A stretch of 64,000 bases of DNA from an uncultured virus (IMG/VR IMGVR_UViG_3300021375_000010). Lineage: Duplodnaviria > Heunggongvirae > Uroviricota > Caudoviricetes. The DNA is taken from the IMG/VR virus record IMGVR_UViG_3300021375_000010. One strand, 5' to 3'. Positions 47,898 through 57,721 of the stretch are shown one piece after another. The position numbers and the translations under genes are program-made. Within the stretch, counting starts at the first letter, position 1. The number at the start of each line of letters is the position of its first letter. The notes beneath the pieces are model-generated. The model worked only from the letters and a program-made list of their open reading frames with translations, made no database searches and was not told the origin of the DNA.

Positions 47898-48219
47898 AGG
47901 AAGAAAACTACAACAGTGGTTTGCAAAGTTAATGGTGGATACACTAGACCTTCATGAAGAAGATATAGAGTCTAGACCTATGGGTTCACAAGGGGAAGAT
48001 ATTATAATGGGACGTGAGTCACGAGAGAAGTTCCCATACAGTATTGAGTGTAAGAACCAAGAAGCAGTAAACGTATGGAAAGCATATGAACAAGCTTCAG
48101 AAAATTGTAAAGGGTATGAACCACTAGTGGTCATAAAAAGAAATAGAAGTAAACCATTAGTAGTGATTGATGCAGAACACTTTGTGGATTTACATAGAGA
48201 AAAAGATGAAATCATTTAA
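47872..48219 (+). CDS. PD-(D/E)xK nuclease, Holliday-junction-resolvase-like
   Basis: SAKAKGR.LQ, G.D, SIECKNQE. Confidence 0.75.
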   Translation: MKTSSAKAKGRKLQQWFAKLMVDTLDLHEEDIESRPMGSQGEDIIMGRESREKFPYSIECKNQEAVNVWKAYEQASENCKGYEPLVVIKRNRSKPLVVIDAEHFVDLHREKDEII

Positions 48220-49588
48220 CGAAATAACAGAAGCAAGAGATGAGGATAATAATAAGAAACCATATCGTTTGGTAGTCCTTGTTGAGCGTCCTAAGAAAAT
48301 TGCTCGGGATGGCACTTCTGCAAAACTAGTATCCAAGGCAGAGAAGTTAGGAATAGAATGCTACAACTGTAGAATCAATGGTGCTTACATTATCAGAGAA
48401 GACGATGGTAAGATTACAATTCATAACGAAGGTGACGACAAGGGTTTTGAATTAGACGAGGATACAATCGTTTTCATACGTGGAGACGTGACTAAGAAAG
48501 ATTCCTACATGGATTTGATATCGCAGATTGAGAGATACGGTATCCCATGTAATAACACACGTGAGTGTATCGAAGTGTGTTGTGATAAGTTTAGAACTTA
48601 TCTAAGACTACAAGAGATTGGTATGAACCAACCTAAGACTGTACTGATTCCAAATGATACACCCGAGGCAGTTGATGCTGCCCATGAAGCACTAGACAAT
48701 AAATTTCCAATGGTACTTAAAACACTTAGTGGTTCTAAGGGTGTTGGTGTTCTGTTAATTGAAACTGAAAGAAGTTTACAATCGCAGATTAGTTTGATTT
48801 ATAAGATTGACCCTTACACTGATATCCTATTACAAGAATACATTGAGTCCGACTATGACGTAAGGTGCGTGATAGTGAACCAAGAAATTGTTGGTGCAAT
48901 GAAACGTAATAAGATTACAGACGACTTCAGAAGTAATGCATCACAAGGTGCAACAGTTGAGTTGATTAAAATGACTGAATTGGAAAAACAAGAATGTCTT
49001 AAGGCTGCAAAAGGTGTGAACGGTCAATGGGTTGGAGTGGATTACATTCCTGCTAAGAACAGAGAGAAGGACACACCGTACATTCTTGAAGTCAATCATA
49101 GTGCTGGTAGTAAAGCAATCTCTGAAGCAATCGAAGAAGACATTACTAAAATGGTTCTTAAACTTTACTTTGACAGAGACATGTGGAGGAAGGAACCTAA
49201 ACAGTGTGGAGTGTTAGAGTCCTTTATAGTTGACGGTCAAGAAATGACTGGTAAGTTAGATACAGGAAACTCTACTTCAGTATGTTCTTTACATGCAGAA
49301 GATGTGGAAATCAAAAACAAGAAAGTCACATGGAAACTAAATGGTGAGACACACACTAAACCATTACATAGAAGTGTTACATTACAAAAACCTGCTGAGA
49401 CAAGACCAGTAGTGTTAATGGACATAGAGTTTCTAAACACTGTATACAAAGACACTGAAGTGTCATTGGATTCAAGAGGTAGTATCCCCCTTCTCATAAA
49501 CCGAGACTTTATGGCTCGTGCAAATGTTATGATTAATTGTTCAAGAAAATTCATGTTAACAAACAAAGGCAAAGATATTTCAGATTAA
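48206..49588 (+). CDS. rimK: RimK-family ATP-grasp ligase fused to retropepsin-like (RimB-type) protease
   Basis: DKF.T, GSKGVGV, LQEYI, FRSN, GVD, LEVN; C-terminal KLDTGN...SLHA...RPVV...LLINR. Confidence 0.85.
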   Translation: MKSFNEITEARDEDNNKKPYRLVVLVERPKKIARDGTSAKLVSKAEKLGIECYNCRINGAYIIREDDGKITIHNEGDDKGFELDEDTIVFIRGDVTKKDSYMDLISQIERYGIPCNNTRECIEVCCDKFRTYLRLQEIGMNQPKTVLIPNDTPEAVDAAHEALDNKFPMVLKTLSGSKGVGVLLIETERSLQSQISLIYKIDPYTDILLQEYIESDYDVRCVIVNQEIVGAMKRNKITDDFRSNASQGATVELIKMTELEKQECLKAAKGVNGQWVGVDYIPAKNREKDTPYILEVNHSAGSKAISEAIEEDITKMVLKLYFDRDMWRKEPKQCGVLESFIVDGQEMTGKLDTGNSTSVCSLHAEDVEIKNKKVTWKLNGETHTKPLHRSVTLQKPAETRPVVLMDIEFLNTVYKDTEVSLDSRGSIPLLINRDFMARANVMINCSRKFMLTNKGKDISD

Positions 49589-49592
49589 TCAC

Positions 49593-49622
49593 TTGACAAT
49601 GCATATTACTTAATAGTATACT
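49593..49622 (+). promoter_or_regulatory. Sigma70-type promoter
   Basis: TTGACA-18-TATACT, ATG 7 nt downstream. Confidence 0.75.
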
Positions 49623-49629
49623 TTTTATT

Positions 49630-50340
49630 ATGACACAAACAAATAAAATATCTGTACAAGAAAGAATGCGAATGAAAGCACTAGATGCTTTTGATGAAGT
49701 AGAATTTCAAATCGACAAATACCTAGAGAATGGTAAGAACTCATTCAGTATGTACAAGTACTTGCAACAACTAGAGTATAGTGGAAAGGTTGTCGCCTAC
49801 ATGAAAGGTCTTACAAATGAGTTGACCTTAGAGTTAAAGAATGAAGAAGGTGATGACCAATTAGATGAAGGGTATGATTTCTTCACCGCCGCTCAAAAGA
49901 AAAAGTTTATTAAGTGGTTAGATAAAATTGAAGAAGACATTCAAAAGTTTTGTGATGAATACAAACCAGTTCGTAAACCAAGAAAACCACAAACACCCGA
50001 ACAGATGGTTAAGAAACTACCTTACTTAAAACAGTGGGAGAGTTACAAGAGCATCGAACCAGTAGAGATTATAAGAGCAAAAGGATTATACACTTATAAC
50101 ACTTCAAGTAAAAAGTTTACTGCCTTCGAAGGGTATGGTCTCAAAGTCAAAGGTTCTAAGATTATTGATTTTGATAAATGTTCAGAAAAGACCTTGACAG
50201 ATAGCAAGTTACTTGATAGGCTAGTTAAAGGTGGTAATATAATTGCGAAAGGTTTCATTGATGAAATCCCTAGGTCTAAGTTGAAAGACGGAAACCCGCT
50301 CATTACCAAAAATACATTATTATTAAAAGTGATTAAATGA
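49630..50340 (+). CDS. Conserved T4-like hypothetical protein
   Basis: RKPRK...VKKL.Y...S..P..I......YNT...GLKVKGS. Confidence 0.7.
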   Translation: MTQTNKISVQERMRMKALDAFDEVEFQIDKYLENGKNSFSMYKYLQQLEYSGKVVAYMKGLTNELTLELKNEEGDDQLDEGYDFFTAAQKKKFIKWLDKIEEDIQKFCDEYKPVRKPRKPQTPEQMVKKLPYLKQWESYKSIEPVEIIRAKGLYTYNTSSKKFTAFEGYGLKVKGSKIIDFDKCSEKTLTDSKLLDRLVKGGNIIAKGFIDEIPRSKLKDGNPLITKNTLLLKVIK

Positions 50341-51170
50341 TACTTATAGACTTTACACAGACCATCATTGCTGGTCTAATGGCACAACTCAAAATGAATG
50401 GTGGAGAAGTTTCAGAAGATATGTTAAGACATATGATTCTAAACTCAGTACGAAACTATCAAAAGAAATATGCACGTGAGTACGGAGAGATTGTTCTTTG
50501 TACGGATGCTTCCCATACATGGAGAAAGGACTTCTATCCACTATACAAAGCGAATCGTAAGAAGACACGTGAAGCATCTGATATGGATTGGGGTATGTTG
50601 TTTGAAACACTACAGAAAGTAAAGGAAGAGATTAGAGATAACTTTCCTTACAGATATATGTACGTAGAGAAGTGTGAAGCGGATGACATCATTGCAATAT
50701 TAGTTAAACATGCAACAGAACCTGTACTCATTGTATCAGGCGATAAAGACTTTCAACAGTTACACCATTACGATGTGAAACAGTGGTCACCTAATCTAAA
50801 CAAAATGATTCGTTGTGAAGACCCTAGTATGTTCTTGAAGGAACATATTCTAAGAGGCGACAAGTCAGATGGTATTCCTAATATACTATCTAACGATGAT
50901 TGCTTTGATTTGGGTATCAGACAAACACCACTGAGAAAACCAGTACTTGAAAAGTACCTCAGAATTAGCATTGAAAAGGACGATAAATACTATCGTAACT
51001 ACTTAAGAAACCAAACTTTAATTGACTTGGATTTAATACCCGACCACATTGAAGAATCTATCTTAAGCGAATTTGACAAAACCACGATAGTTAAGGGCAA
51101 AGTTTTTAACTATCTCGTATCTCATAGATTAAATGAGTTACTTAACCATGTAGAGGATTTTACATTATGA
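50337..51170 (+). CDS. rnh: RNase H / 5'-3' exonuclease
   Basis: WRKDFYPLYKANR, EADDII, SGDKDF.QL, GDKSDGIPN. Confidence 0.95.
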   Translation: MILIDFTQTIIAGLMAQLKMNGGEVSEDMLRHMILNSVRNYQKKYAREYGEIVLCTDASHTWRKDFYPLYKANRKKTREASDMDWGMLFETLQKVKEEIRDNFPYRYMYVEKCEADDIIAILVKHATEPVLIVSGDKDFQQLHHYDVKQWSPNLNKMIRCEDPSMFLKEHILRGDKSDGIPNILSNDDCFDLGIRQTPLRKPVLEKYLRISIEKDDKYYRNYLRNQTLIDLDLIPDHIEESILSEFDKTTIVKGKVFNYLVSHRLNELLNHVEDFTL

Positions 51171-51685
51171 CAGAAGAAAAGAAAAGAGGAAGAGGAAGAC
51201 CAGCAGGCGCTCCCAACAAACCAAAACTAAAACTGATTACAAAAAGACAAGACTTGCTTCCAAGTGCGGATGCATATGAAATCTTTTGCCAAGCAGATAT
51301 AGTTGCAAAGAAAGAACCCGAACTTGCAGTACAGGGTTTAAAAGTATTCAACGAGAGGAATGCATCAATTAAACCAATCCTTATGTGGGTGTACAGAGAC
51401 GACATTCAAAGTAAGTTGCCAGAAGGAACAACACCTTACAATGAAAATGGCGCTCCAGCATCCGACCTCACTGAAACTGCACTTAAGTTTGAACACAAGA
51501 AGTTTCAGTATTTCGTAACAGAACAAGTGCCACCTGCTCGTAGAGAGACAATGTGGATTGAACTGTTAGAAGGTATTCCAACTATGGAAGCAAAAATGAT
51601 TGACTTAGTCAAAGACGGTACTTGGCCTTTCAAAAATGTGACGAAGGAAATCGCTAAAAATGCGTTTCCCGAGGACATAAGATAA
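51167..51685 (+). CDS. Conserved T4-like protein (DUF6433-like) with AT-hook
   Basis: KRGRGRP; LPEG..PY, RRETMWIELLEG...EA. Confidence 0.7.
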   Translation: MTEEKKRGRGRPAGAPNKPKLKLITKRQDLLPSADAYEIFCQADIVAKKEPELAVQGLKVFNERNASIKPILMWVYRDDIQSKLPEGTTPYNENGAPASDLTETALKFEHKKFQYFVTEQVPPARRETMWIELLEGIPTMEAKMIDLVKDGTWPFKNVTKEIAKNAFPEDIR

Positions 51686-51809
51686 CTAAATATTAATGTG
51701 GTTCGAGACTATACATAAAGAACTAGAGAAGTTTATAAGACAAACTTCAATATGTAAACTTCTAGTCGCACACCGCCCCATGGGTTAACCCCCACAAAAA
51801 GGATATATT

Positions 51810-53105
51810 ATGGCAGAACAAAATCAACCCCCATCACAGTTTGCTCAAGAGCAGGCCCCCGAAGTTTTAACTGAAACTCAACAAATACAAAAAAGAGTCC
51901 AAGACTTTAAGGTACAACTCGCTCCGAAGTCAGCACAAGCAGTTAGTGGTATTCTAGAAACTGGTCTAGCGAAAGGACAATACACTTTACAAGACTTAGA
52001 CATGTTAGTTGTAATTCGTGAAGAACTTACAAAAGGTATTATTGATTTTAATACAACTGTTCAGATTGCTGAGGCAAGACTTAAAGAAATTCAACAAGAA
52101 GAATACTTGCAGAGTGCTAACAAAGAAAATGAAATTAATCTTCTGCATCAGCAAGCACTTGCAGATGAGAGAGTTGCAAGGAAGAAGGCAGAAGAGGAAC
52201 TCAGAGTTCTCAAAGACATTTACGAGAGTCGTGTTAAGAACACCGCACCTGCTCCAGTTGAAGTAAAAGGCAATGCACCTAGTGTAACAGGTGAACCACT
52301 TGCAGAACGTCAACCAGTAGAACCACCAAAACCAACGGGTAAAACTTCACCAGCATTTGCAGCTGCTCGTGCATTGAATCCTGTAACTGCAACACAATCA
52401 CAGATTGATGAGTTCAGACCAAGTGGTACAACTACAGAAGAATTTATTGAGGAAGTTGAAAGAGTTAATGAAGTTGCTATCGCAGAGGAACTACTCACAG
52501 ACGAACCAATCTCAGAAGATAAAGAGTTTGTAGAAAAAGTTGAAGAGACTAAGAAGTCCTTTGCAGAGTGGACAGAGGAAACAGTAACTGAAGAAGACTT
52601 TACTGAAGAAGAACAACTAGAGATAGACTTCGCAATTCAAGATGATATTGACGAAGAAGAGTTTAACAATTCATTTGTTGACCCAGTGACTGCTGGAAAT
52701 GCTCCAAACATAAAAGCACAAATGCCCGATACACAACAAGTGACTGCACCATTAGATGCAAAACAGTTTGACACCGAAGAAGAGTTACTCGCAGATATGC
52801 AAGAACGTATTGACGAGGCAACTGAAGAAGCAGAAGAAGAGTACGATGAAATTGTTATTCCTAGTTCAGACGAACTGAACAGAATGACAAAGGCAAAGAT
52901 TGTCGAAGTTGCTGATGTATTGAATGATAAATTTAATGCTGGATTTAATGTGACTACAGAAGACACTAAGGCAAAGATGATTCTTGATTTCCAAGAACAG
53001 ACTGATGCCTTAATTGCAAAATTGCAAGATACTGGCGAGTTCGTAAGTGCAGACAATGAGGGTGAAAATGATTCCACAGATGTCAGAGACGGTGGCTACT
53101 TCTAG
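51810..53105 (+). CDS. Large acidic coiled-coil protein
   Basis: Glu-rich 431 aa; ACTAAATA box at 51685. Confidence 0.75.
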   Translation: MAEQNQPPSQFAQEQAPEVLTETQQIQKRVQDFKVQLAPKSAQAVSGILETGLAKGQYTLQDLDMLVVIREELTKGIIDFNTTVQIAEARLKEIQQEEYLQSANKENEINLLHQQALADERVARKKAEEELRVLKDIYESRVKNTAPAPVEVKGNAPSVTGEPLAERQPVEPPKPTGKTSPAFAAARALNPVTATQSQIDEFRPSGTTTEEFIEEVERVNEVAIAEELLTDEPISEDKEFVEKVEETKKSFAEWTEETVTEEDFTEEEQLEIDFAIQDDIDEEEFNNSFVDPVTAGNAPNIKAQMPDTQQVTAPLDAKQFDTEEELLADMQERIDEATEEAEEEYDEIVIPSSDELNRMTKAKIVEVADVLNDKFNAGFNVTTEDTKAKMILDFQEQTDALIAKLQDTGEFVSADNEGENDSTDVRDGGYF

Positions 53106-53529
53106 AGACTCAGTAGTCTTACCTGTAGCGATCGGCCAAATAAGTAATCAATATGTAGAACACTTTGAGAATATCAAAGATGATGTTTTACGTTTTAATT
53201 TACCCACAGAATACACAGTTAAACTAGGAACGAGATACGATATAGATGGTCTGTACTTATACACTAAGGACGATGTTATGCTTATCTCATCACTAGACTT
53301 AGGTCTAGGACAAGGAACAGATAATATAAGACTCGGCACCTTCTTAGCAAAGTCAAAAGGTAATCCGACATCTTGTATACTTTCAATACATGAGGACGAC
53401 CAGTGGTTAGCAGTTCCTAAACACTTTAGTCCATTCCAAGAAGGAGAGGAAATAAATTATGAGTACATTGAACAATATGAAGAAGATGGTGAATGGGTGG
53501 AACGACACCTTAGAATCACAAGGAAATAA
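53080..53529 (+). CDS. Hypothetical protein
   Basis: ORF fills gap; start uncertain. Confidence 0.6.
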   Translation: MSETVATSRDSVVLPVAIGQISNQYVEHFENIKDDVLRFNLPTEYTVKLGTRYDIDGLYLYTKDDVMLISSLDLGLGQGTDNIRLGTFLAKSKGNPTSCILSIHEDDQWLAVPKHFSPFQEGEEINYEYIEQYEEDGEWVERHLRITRK

Positions 53530-53532
53530 TAA

Positions 53533-54465
53533 GTGTCCGAAAATAGAAACATCCCAATTACAGCAGTTGACCAATATGATTTTCTCGAACATCGTAGAGG
53601 ACAAGAACAGAAACACTGGCAGAGAAAGAAAGGCACTCTAACAGAACTTGACTCTATTCTTACTGTAGAGATTAACACCACAGAACTCTGTAACAGAACA
53701 TGTGTGTTTTGCCCAAGACATGACCCTAAAGTATTCCCCAATAGAAACTTACACTTAACCATTAAAGGTGCAACCACGATTGCAGAAGAACTTGCCGACA
53801 ATGGATTTAACGGTAAGATATCCTTTAGTGGATTTGGTGAGAACTTACTTAACCCCGACTTCATAGAAATCGTAAGAGTGTTTAGGTTTAACTTACCTTA
53901 TGCAACACTAGAGTGTAACACTAACGGCGACAAACTAGATTCAGATTATGTCACAGGTTTGTACAAGAGTGGATTGGATTTGCTCTACATCAATCTGTAT
54001 GATGGTATTCATCAAATGGAAGGTTTTGATTACATGATGGCAGAAGCAAGAGTGCATGAAGACCAATACAGATACAGAATGCATTGGGGTGACTTTGAGA
54101 AACACGGACTGATACTAAACAACCGTAGTGGTGTAGTTGATTGGGTTGGTATCGAAGATGATAGTGTAGAGAATCTAAAAGGTAAACCATGTCACTACCC
54201 TTTCTATAAAATGTTTGTAGACTGGAATGGTGATGTGTTGTTCTGCTCTAACGATTGGGGTAGAGAACATGTCGTAGGTAATCTATTGACCATGTCCTTA
54301 CATGAAGTGTGGTTTAGTAAACCGATGACAAAGATTCGTAAGAGATTAATGAAAGGGAACAGAGAGATGTCCCCTTGTAACAAGTGTAGTGTCGATGGGA
54401 GTTTATTTGGTAAACAATCATTTGACCTAGTAAAGGAATATTATGAAAATCCTAATAACAGGTAG
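53533..54465 (+). CDS. Radical SAM protein with SPASM/twitch domain
   Basis: CNRTCVFC, GFGENLL, NTNG; C...GDVLFC..D...C.KC. Confidence 0.92.
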   Translation: MSENRNIPITAVDQYDFLEHRRGQEQKHWQRKKGTLTELDSILTVEINTTELCNRTCVFCPRHDPKVFPNRNLHLTIKGATTIAEELADNGFNGKISFSGFGENLLNPDFIEIVRVFRFNLPYATLECNTNGDKLDSDYVTGLYKSGLDLLYINLYDGIHQMEGFDYMMAEARVHEDQYRYRMHWGDFEKHGLILNNRSGVVDWVGIEDDSVENLKGKPCHYPFYKMFVDWNGDVLFCSNDWGREHVVGNLLTMSLHEVWFSKPMTKIRKRLMKGNREMSPCNKCSVDGSLFGKQSFDLVKEYYENPNNR

Positions 54466-55015
54466 TACAGGTTTAGCAAGAAACATTAGTGACACTTTTA
54501 CTTCTACACCATTTGCTGGTGGGATGAATATCGTTAACGAAGCACGTATTGAAGATTTGATGCTTTGGGAAGATTGGGAATGGCAGGAATACGATGTGTT
54601 TATCAACAATGCTTTCGGCGCTCCATTTGACCAGTGTGACTTGCTGGAAAAATCTTTCAATGCATATCGACATGATATGAAAAAGATTATCATCAACATA
54701 TCTTCACGTGCCTCACAACCAAACATATCCAAAGGTTACAAGTATGCAGCTGCAAAAGCGGCACTCAACCACATGTCTAACAATTACACATACAATTCAG
54801 ATAAGAAGTGTAAGATTACTACTATGAATTTAGGTTTAATCAATCATGAATTGCCTTCATTATCATATCAGTCAATCTCCAATGCTATTTGGTACCTTGC
54901 AACGTCATATCCCGATATTGAGATTCCCGAAGTGACTATGCAAGCACATGCAAACTATAACGAAGTGCAAAGTGATAAAGAAACTCTCAGAGACATGGAA
55001 AGATTCACTAAATAG
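54443..55015 (+). CDS. Short-chain dehydrogenase/reductase
   Basis: ITGSTG, INNA, NISS, YAAAK. Confidence 0.85.
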   Translation: MKILITGSTGLARNISDTFTSTPFAGGMNIVNEARIEDLMLWEDWEWQEYDVFINNAFGAPFDQCDLLEKSFNAYRHDMKKIIINISSRASQPNISKGYKYAAAKAALNHMSNNYTYNSDKKCKITTMNLGLINHELPSLSYQSISNAIWYLATSYPDIEIPEVTMQAHANYNEVQSDKETLRDMERFTK

Positions 55016-55019
55016 TACT

Positions 55020-55268
55020 ATGAGTATAGAATATAACGATTTTGGGTTCACTGCTATTGATGCAGATGAACTCGCATCCATCGATACAAAGATTGTTGAG
55101 AAAACAGTCGCATCCGCAACCGCCATTGCTAAGATGGACGATTTCATTCGTCCTCTTTTGGAGAATCTTATGAAAGATTCCGATAAAGACTACATCTACT
55201 GGCCCAATCGAGTTGAAATTCTTCGTAAGAAGTTAGACGAACTCGATGAAATTCAAAAAAGTTCTTAA
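55020..55268 (+). CDS. Conserved T4-like late hypothetical protein
   Basis: DFGFTA, PLLENL, YIYWPNR; ACTAAATA 5 nt upstream. Confidence 0.75.
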   Translation: MSIEYNDFGFTAIDADELASIDTKIVEKTVASATAIAKMDDFIRPLLENLMKDSDKDYIYWPNRVEILRKKLDELDEIQKSS

Positions 55269-55275
55269 AAACCCC

Positions 55276-55305
55276 TTTACATTGCCCCTCGCTTTTAAGT
55301 AGAAT
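55276..55305 (+). promoter_or_regulatory. Early-type promoter
   Basis: TTTACA-TTGCCCCTCGCTTTTAAG-TAGAAT. Confidence 0.65.
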
Positions 55306-55352
55306 ACACTAGTTAGATAAATTAACTGTGTATTTACCAAAAGGAGAAAAAA

Positions 55353-55616
55353 ATGATACAAAGTCAACACGAACTATCCCCACATGAACGAGCGTACACC
55401 GATTTAGGTCGCAAAATTATTCAAGAGTGTGAAAATAATACTATTTTCCCAAAGGATGATGAAGAGTCCCTAACATTGTGGAACTCTGCTGTGACAGCTG
55501 CAAACAAATTCATGTCTTTTGGTACAACATGGTCAAAATTTAATGGAATTGATGACTTAAGTAAAAATGAAAGACTTGCAGTCAAGAAATATCTTAATGG
55601 AACAGCATGCGATTAG
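55353..55616 (+). CDS. Hypothetical protein
   Basis: AGGAG RBS. Confidence 0.7.
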   Translation: MIQSQHELSPHERAYTDLGRKIIQECENNTIFPKDDEESLTLWNSAVTAANKFMSFGTTWSKFNGIDDLSKNERLAVKKYLNGTACD

Positions 55617-55786
55617 TAGTTGCAAGTTATGGTGATGTTGTAATCACCCAAGACCGTCTAAATGGTTACAAGCGATACATTGTTGACTGGCAGAACGGTA
55701 GTAAACAATTGTTTAGTGGGTTATATTACACATTAGATGATGTTAAGGAAAGAACAGAGAAGAGGATATCTTCTTTACCGATTTAA
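55607..55786 (+). CDS. Hypothetical protein (59 aa)
   Basis: Hand-translated MRLVVASYGD... Confidence 0.5.
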   Translation: MRLVVASYGDVVITQDRLNGYKRYIVDWQNGSKQLFSGLYYTLDDVKERTEKRISSLPI

Positions 55787-55902
55787 ATAGGGGTGCTTGA
55801 CACTCGGGTAGGGACAGGGTCAATAAAAACAAAATCTACAACTTATTATACGATGTTTGTTTGAGACCCATCCCGCCAGAATTTTTTTATTAGGAGTATA
55901 TT

Positions 55903-56208
55903 ATGGGCATGACAAGCCATTACGCTGGTTCACTTCGATACAGTATGAACGGCAAAAAACGAAAGACAAAATCTATGCGAACTCGCACAAAGAGGATGTC
56001 AGATTTTAATTGGGATACCCCACTCGTGGAACCCAAACCAGTTCGAGAGACTAAGGAATATCCTTCCGCTCCACTTGGTCTTCCGAAAACAAACGTAGAC
56101 GATTCATGGAAGGTAGAAGAGTCTAAAAACTTCACAATCGCACCCGCTTATAATAAAGGTGCTTATCAAGTCATCCCACGTGATGACGTTAAACATATAG
56201 GAAAATAA
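55903..56208 (+). CDS. Conserved T4-like hypothetical protein
   Basis: APAYNKGAYQVI; AGGAG RBS. Confidence 0.75.
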   Translation: MGMTSHYAGSLRYSMNGKKRKTKSMRTRTKRMSDFNWDTPLVEPKPVRETKEYPSAPLGLPKTNVDDSWKVEESKNFTIAPAYNKGAYQVIPRDDVKHIGK

Positions 56209-56211
56209 ACT

Positions 56212-56427
56212 ATGGAAAATTTAAACTTAATTAATTTTATGTTCTCAATCTTGGCACTATTTGCCTTTGGATTCGTACTGGTGGGCGCTTGGTTGCTCGT
56301 AGATGATTCATCTAAGATGTTCAATTTGCGAAAAGATTTGAAACGTAAATATCCCGATATGACTAAGGGTCAACTTCAAGCTCTGGCACGTCACCAGTAT
56401 GCTCAGTCCTTACAGGACAAAAAATAA
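56212..56427 (+). CDS. Small membrane-anchored protein
   Basis: N-terminal TM. Confidence 0.6.
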   Translation: MENLNLINFMFSILALFAFGFVLVGAWLLVDDSSKMFNLRKDLKRKYPDMTKGQLQALARHQYAQSLQDKK

Positions 56428-56429
56428 AT

Positions 56430-56459
56430 TTGACAAAGCCCCTCACTTTTTTATATACT
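56430..56459 (+). promoter_or_regulatory. Early promoter (repeat copy 1)
   Basis: TTGACA-AAGCCCCTCACTTTTTTA-TATACT. Confidence 0.8.
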
Positions 56460-56488
56460 ATACACATAGATTGAAAAAGGAGATACAA

Positions 56489-56860
56489 ATGAACGAGTTA
56501 GAAAAAAGAAATGTTGCGGAAACCAAAGCTATTGAACTAGTAGAACTAGTTGAGACTTTATGTGCAGATATTACTACTGCAATACACGAGAAGTGGGAAC
56601 ACACTCGTGGTGTAAAAACCCACGACTTTTCAATTGGAAAGAAATACATTCGTGTTTATTCAGTAGAGGATGGTCAACCTCGTTCAGTATGGGGGTTCAT
56701 CAATGTGGGCAACGATAAGTTCCAAGTTGGTGATGTGTTAAAAGCATCGGGTTGGAATCAACCCGCTCTTAATTCTGCCAGAGGTAACTTGTACGATGGG
56801 TATGAAATAGCAAAAGGATATTCTACTCACAGAATATTTGGGCCAGATTACTTAATTTGA
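56489..56860 (+). CDS. Conserved early hypothetical protein
   Basis: GKKYIRV, SVWGFI, GDVLKASGW..PA...RGN; AGGAG RBS. Confidence 0.75.
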   Translation: MNELEKRNVAETKAIELVELVETLCADITTAIHEKWEHTRGVKTHDFSIGKKYIRVYSVEDGQPRSVWGFINVGNDKFQVGDVLKASGWNQPALNSARGNLYDGYEIAKGYSTHRIFGPDYLI

Positions 56861-56886
56861 CAAAGCCCCTCACTTTTTGTTACACT
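56857..56886 (+). promoter_or_regulatory. Early promoter (repeat copy 2)
   Basis: TTGACA-AAGCCCCTCACTTTTTGT-TACACT. Confidence 0.75.
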
Positions 56887-56918
56887 ATGTGTATAATATA
56901 AATTTAGGAGAAAATATT

Positions 56919-57368
56919 ATGGGAATCAAACATAAACAAATTTTAGACGGTACTGCAAGATGGTACGTAGTTACTACTCAAAATGTTGAGGAGTACGGTG
57001 TGAACTTTCACAAGTTCAAGGGCGGTTCCGAGTACGTGATTGGTTTCCATGTTGAGAAGTGTATCTTCGAGGAGAACGCATATGGTGAGGGCGAACACTC
57101 ATATTATGAGGCGCCGTCTCTTACTGAGGCGTCAGTTGCTGCTCTCGTGATGAAACACGTGAACAGGTACAACGGATTGAACGGTTCGTTTGATTACATC
57201 ACTAACATTGAAGTGATTGATTCGCCTTTCAACACACCCGACCACCCAACGTGGGGTGGTGATGCGGAAACTCTCATTGAAGAGTTAGATGCAATTCACG
57301 ATAGTAAGGTTGCTAACGGAGAACTTGATGCTCCGTTTATGGAAGAAATTTATTCGGAGGCTGTATAA
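56919..57368 (+). CDS. Early hypothetical protein
   Basis: AGGAG RBS; TQ..E.YG...KFKGG.EY. Confidence 0.7.
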   Translation: MGIKHKQILDGTARWYVVTTQNVEEYGVNFHKFKGGSEYVIGFHVEKCIFEENAYGEGEHSYYEAPSLTEASVAALVMKHVNRYNGLNGSFDYITNIEVIDSPFNTPDHPTWGGDAETLIEELDAIHDSKVANGELDAPFMEEIYSEAV

Positions 57369-57721
57369 TGTATAGTATTAAAGAATTTGAAGTCCTTACA
57401 CTTGAAGAGAGTGTAGGTGGTACATCACTAAAGGGAAGCATCATAACCGATTACAACACTTTGTGTAATGTACTTGGTAAACCAACCTTCACAGATGCCG
57501 ACCCTAATGAGAAAGTTTCTTGTGAGTGGTGTCTCAAAGTTAAGTACTGGGAAGAAGGTGCTCATGCGGACGATTGGGAATACGCTGATGTTACAGTGTA
57601 TGCATGGAAGTATGGTTACATTCCAGTTGAAGAATGCATATGGAATGTTGGCGGTAACTCTTGGGAAGCTACTGATTTGATTGAAACGATTTTGGCGGAG
57701 GACATTGCTAATGCAGCTTAA
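57368..57721 (+). CDS. Early hypothetical protein
   Basis: GTSLKG...Y..L...GKP...KV..EW...W.VGG. Confidence 0.7.
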   Translation: MYSIKEFEVLTLEESVGGTSLKGSIITDYNTLCNVLGKPTFTDADPNEKVSCEWCLKVKYWEEGAHADDWEYADVTVYAWKYGYIPVEECIWNVGGNSWEATDLIETILAEDIANAA

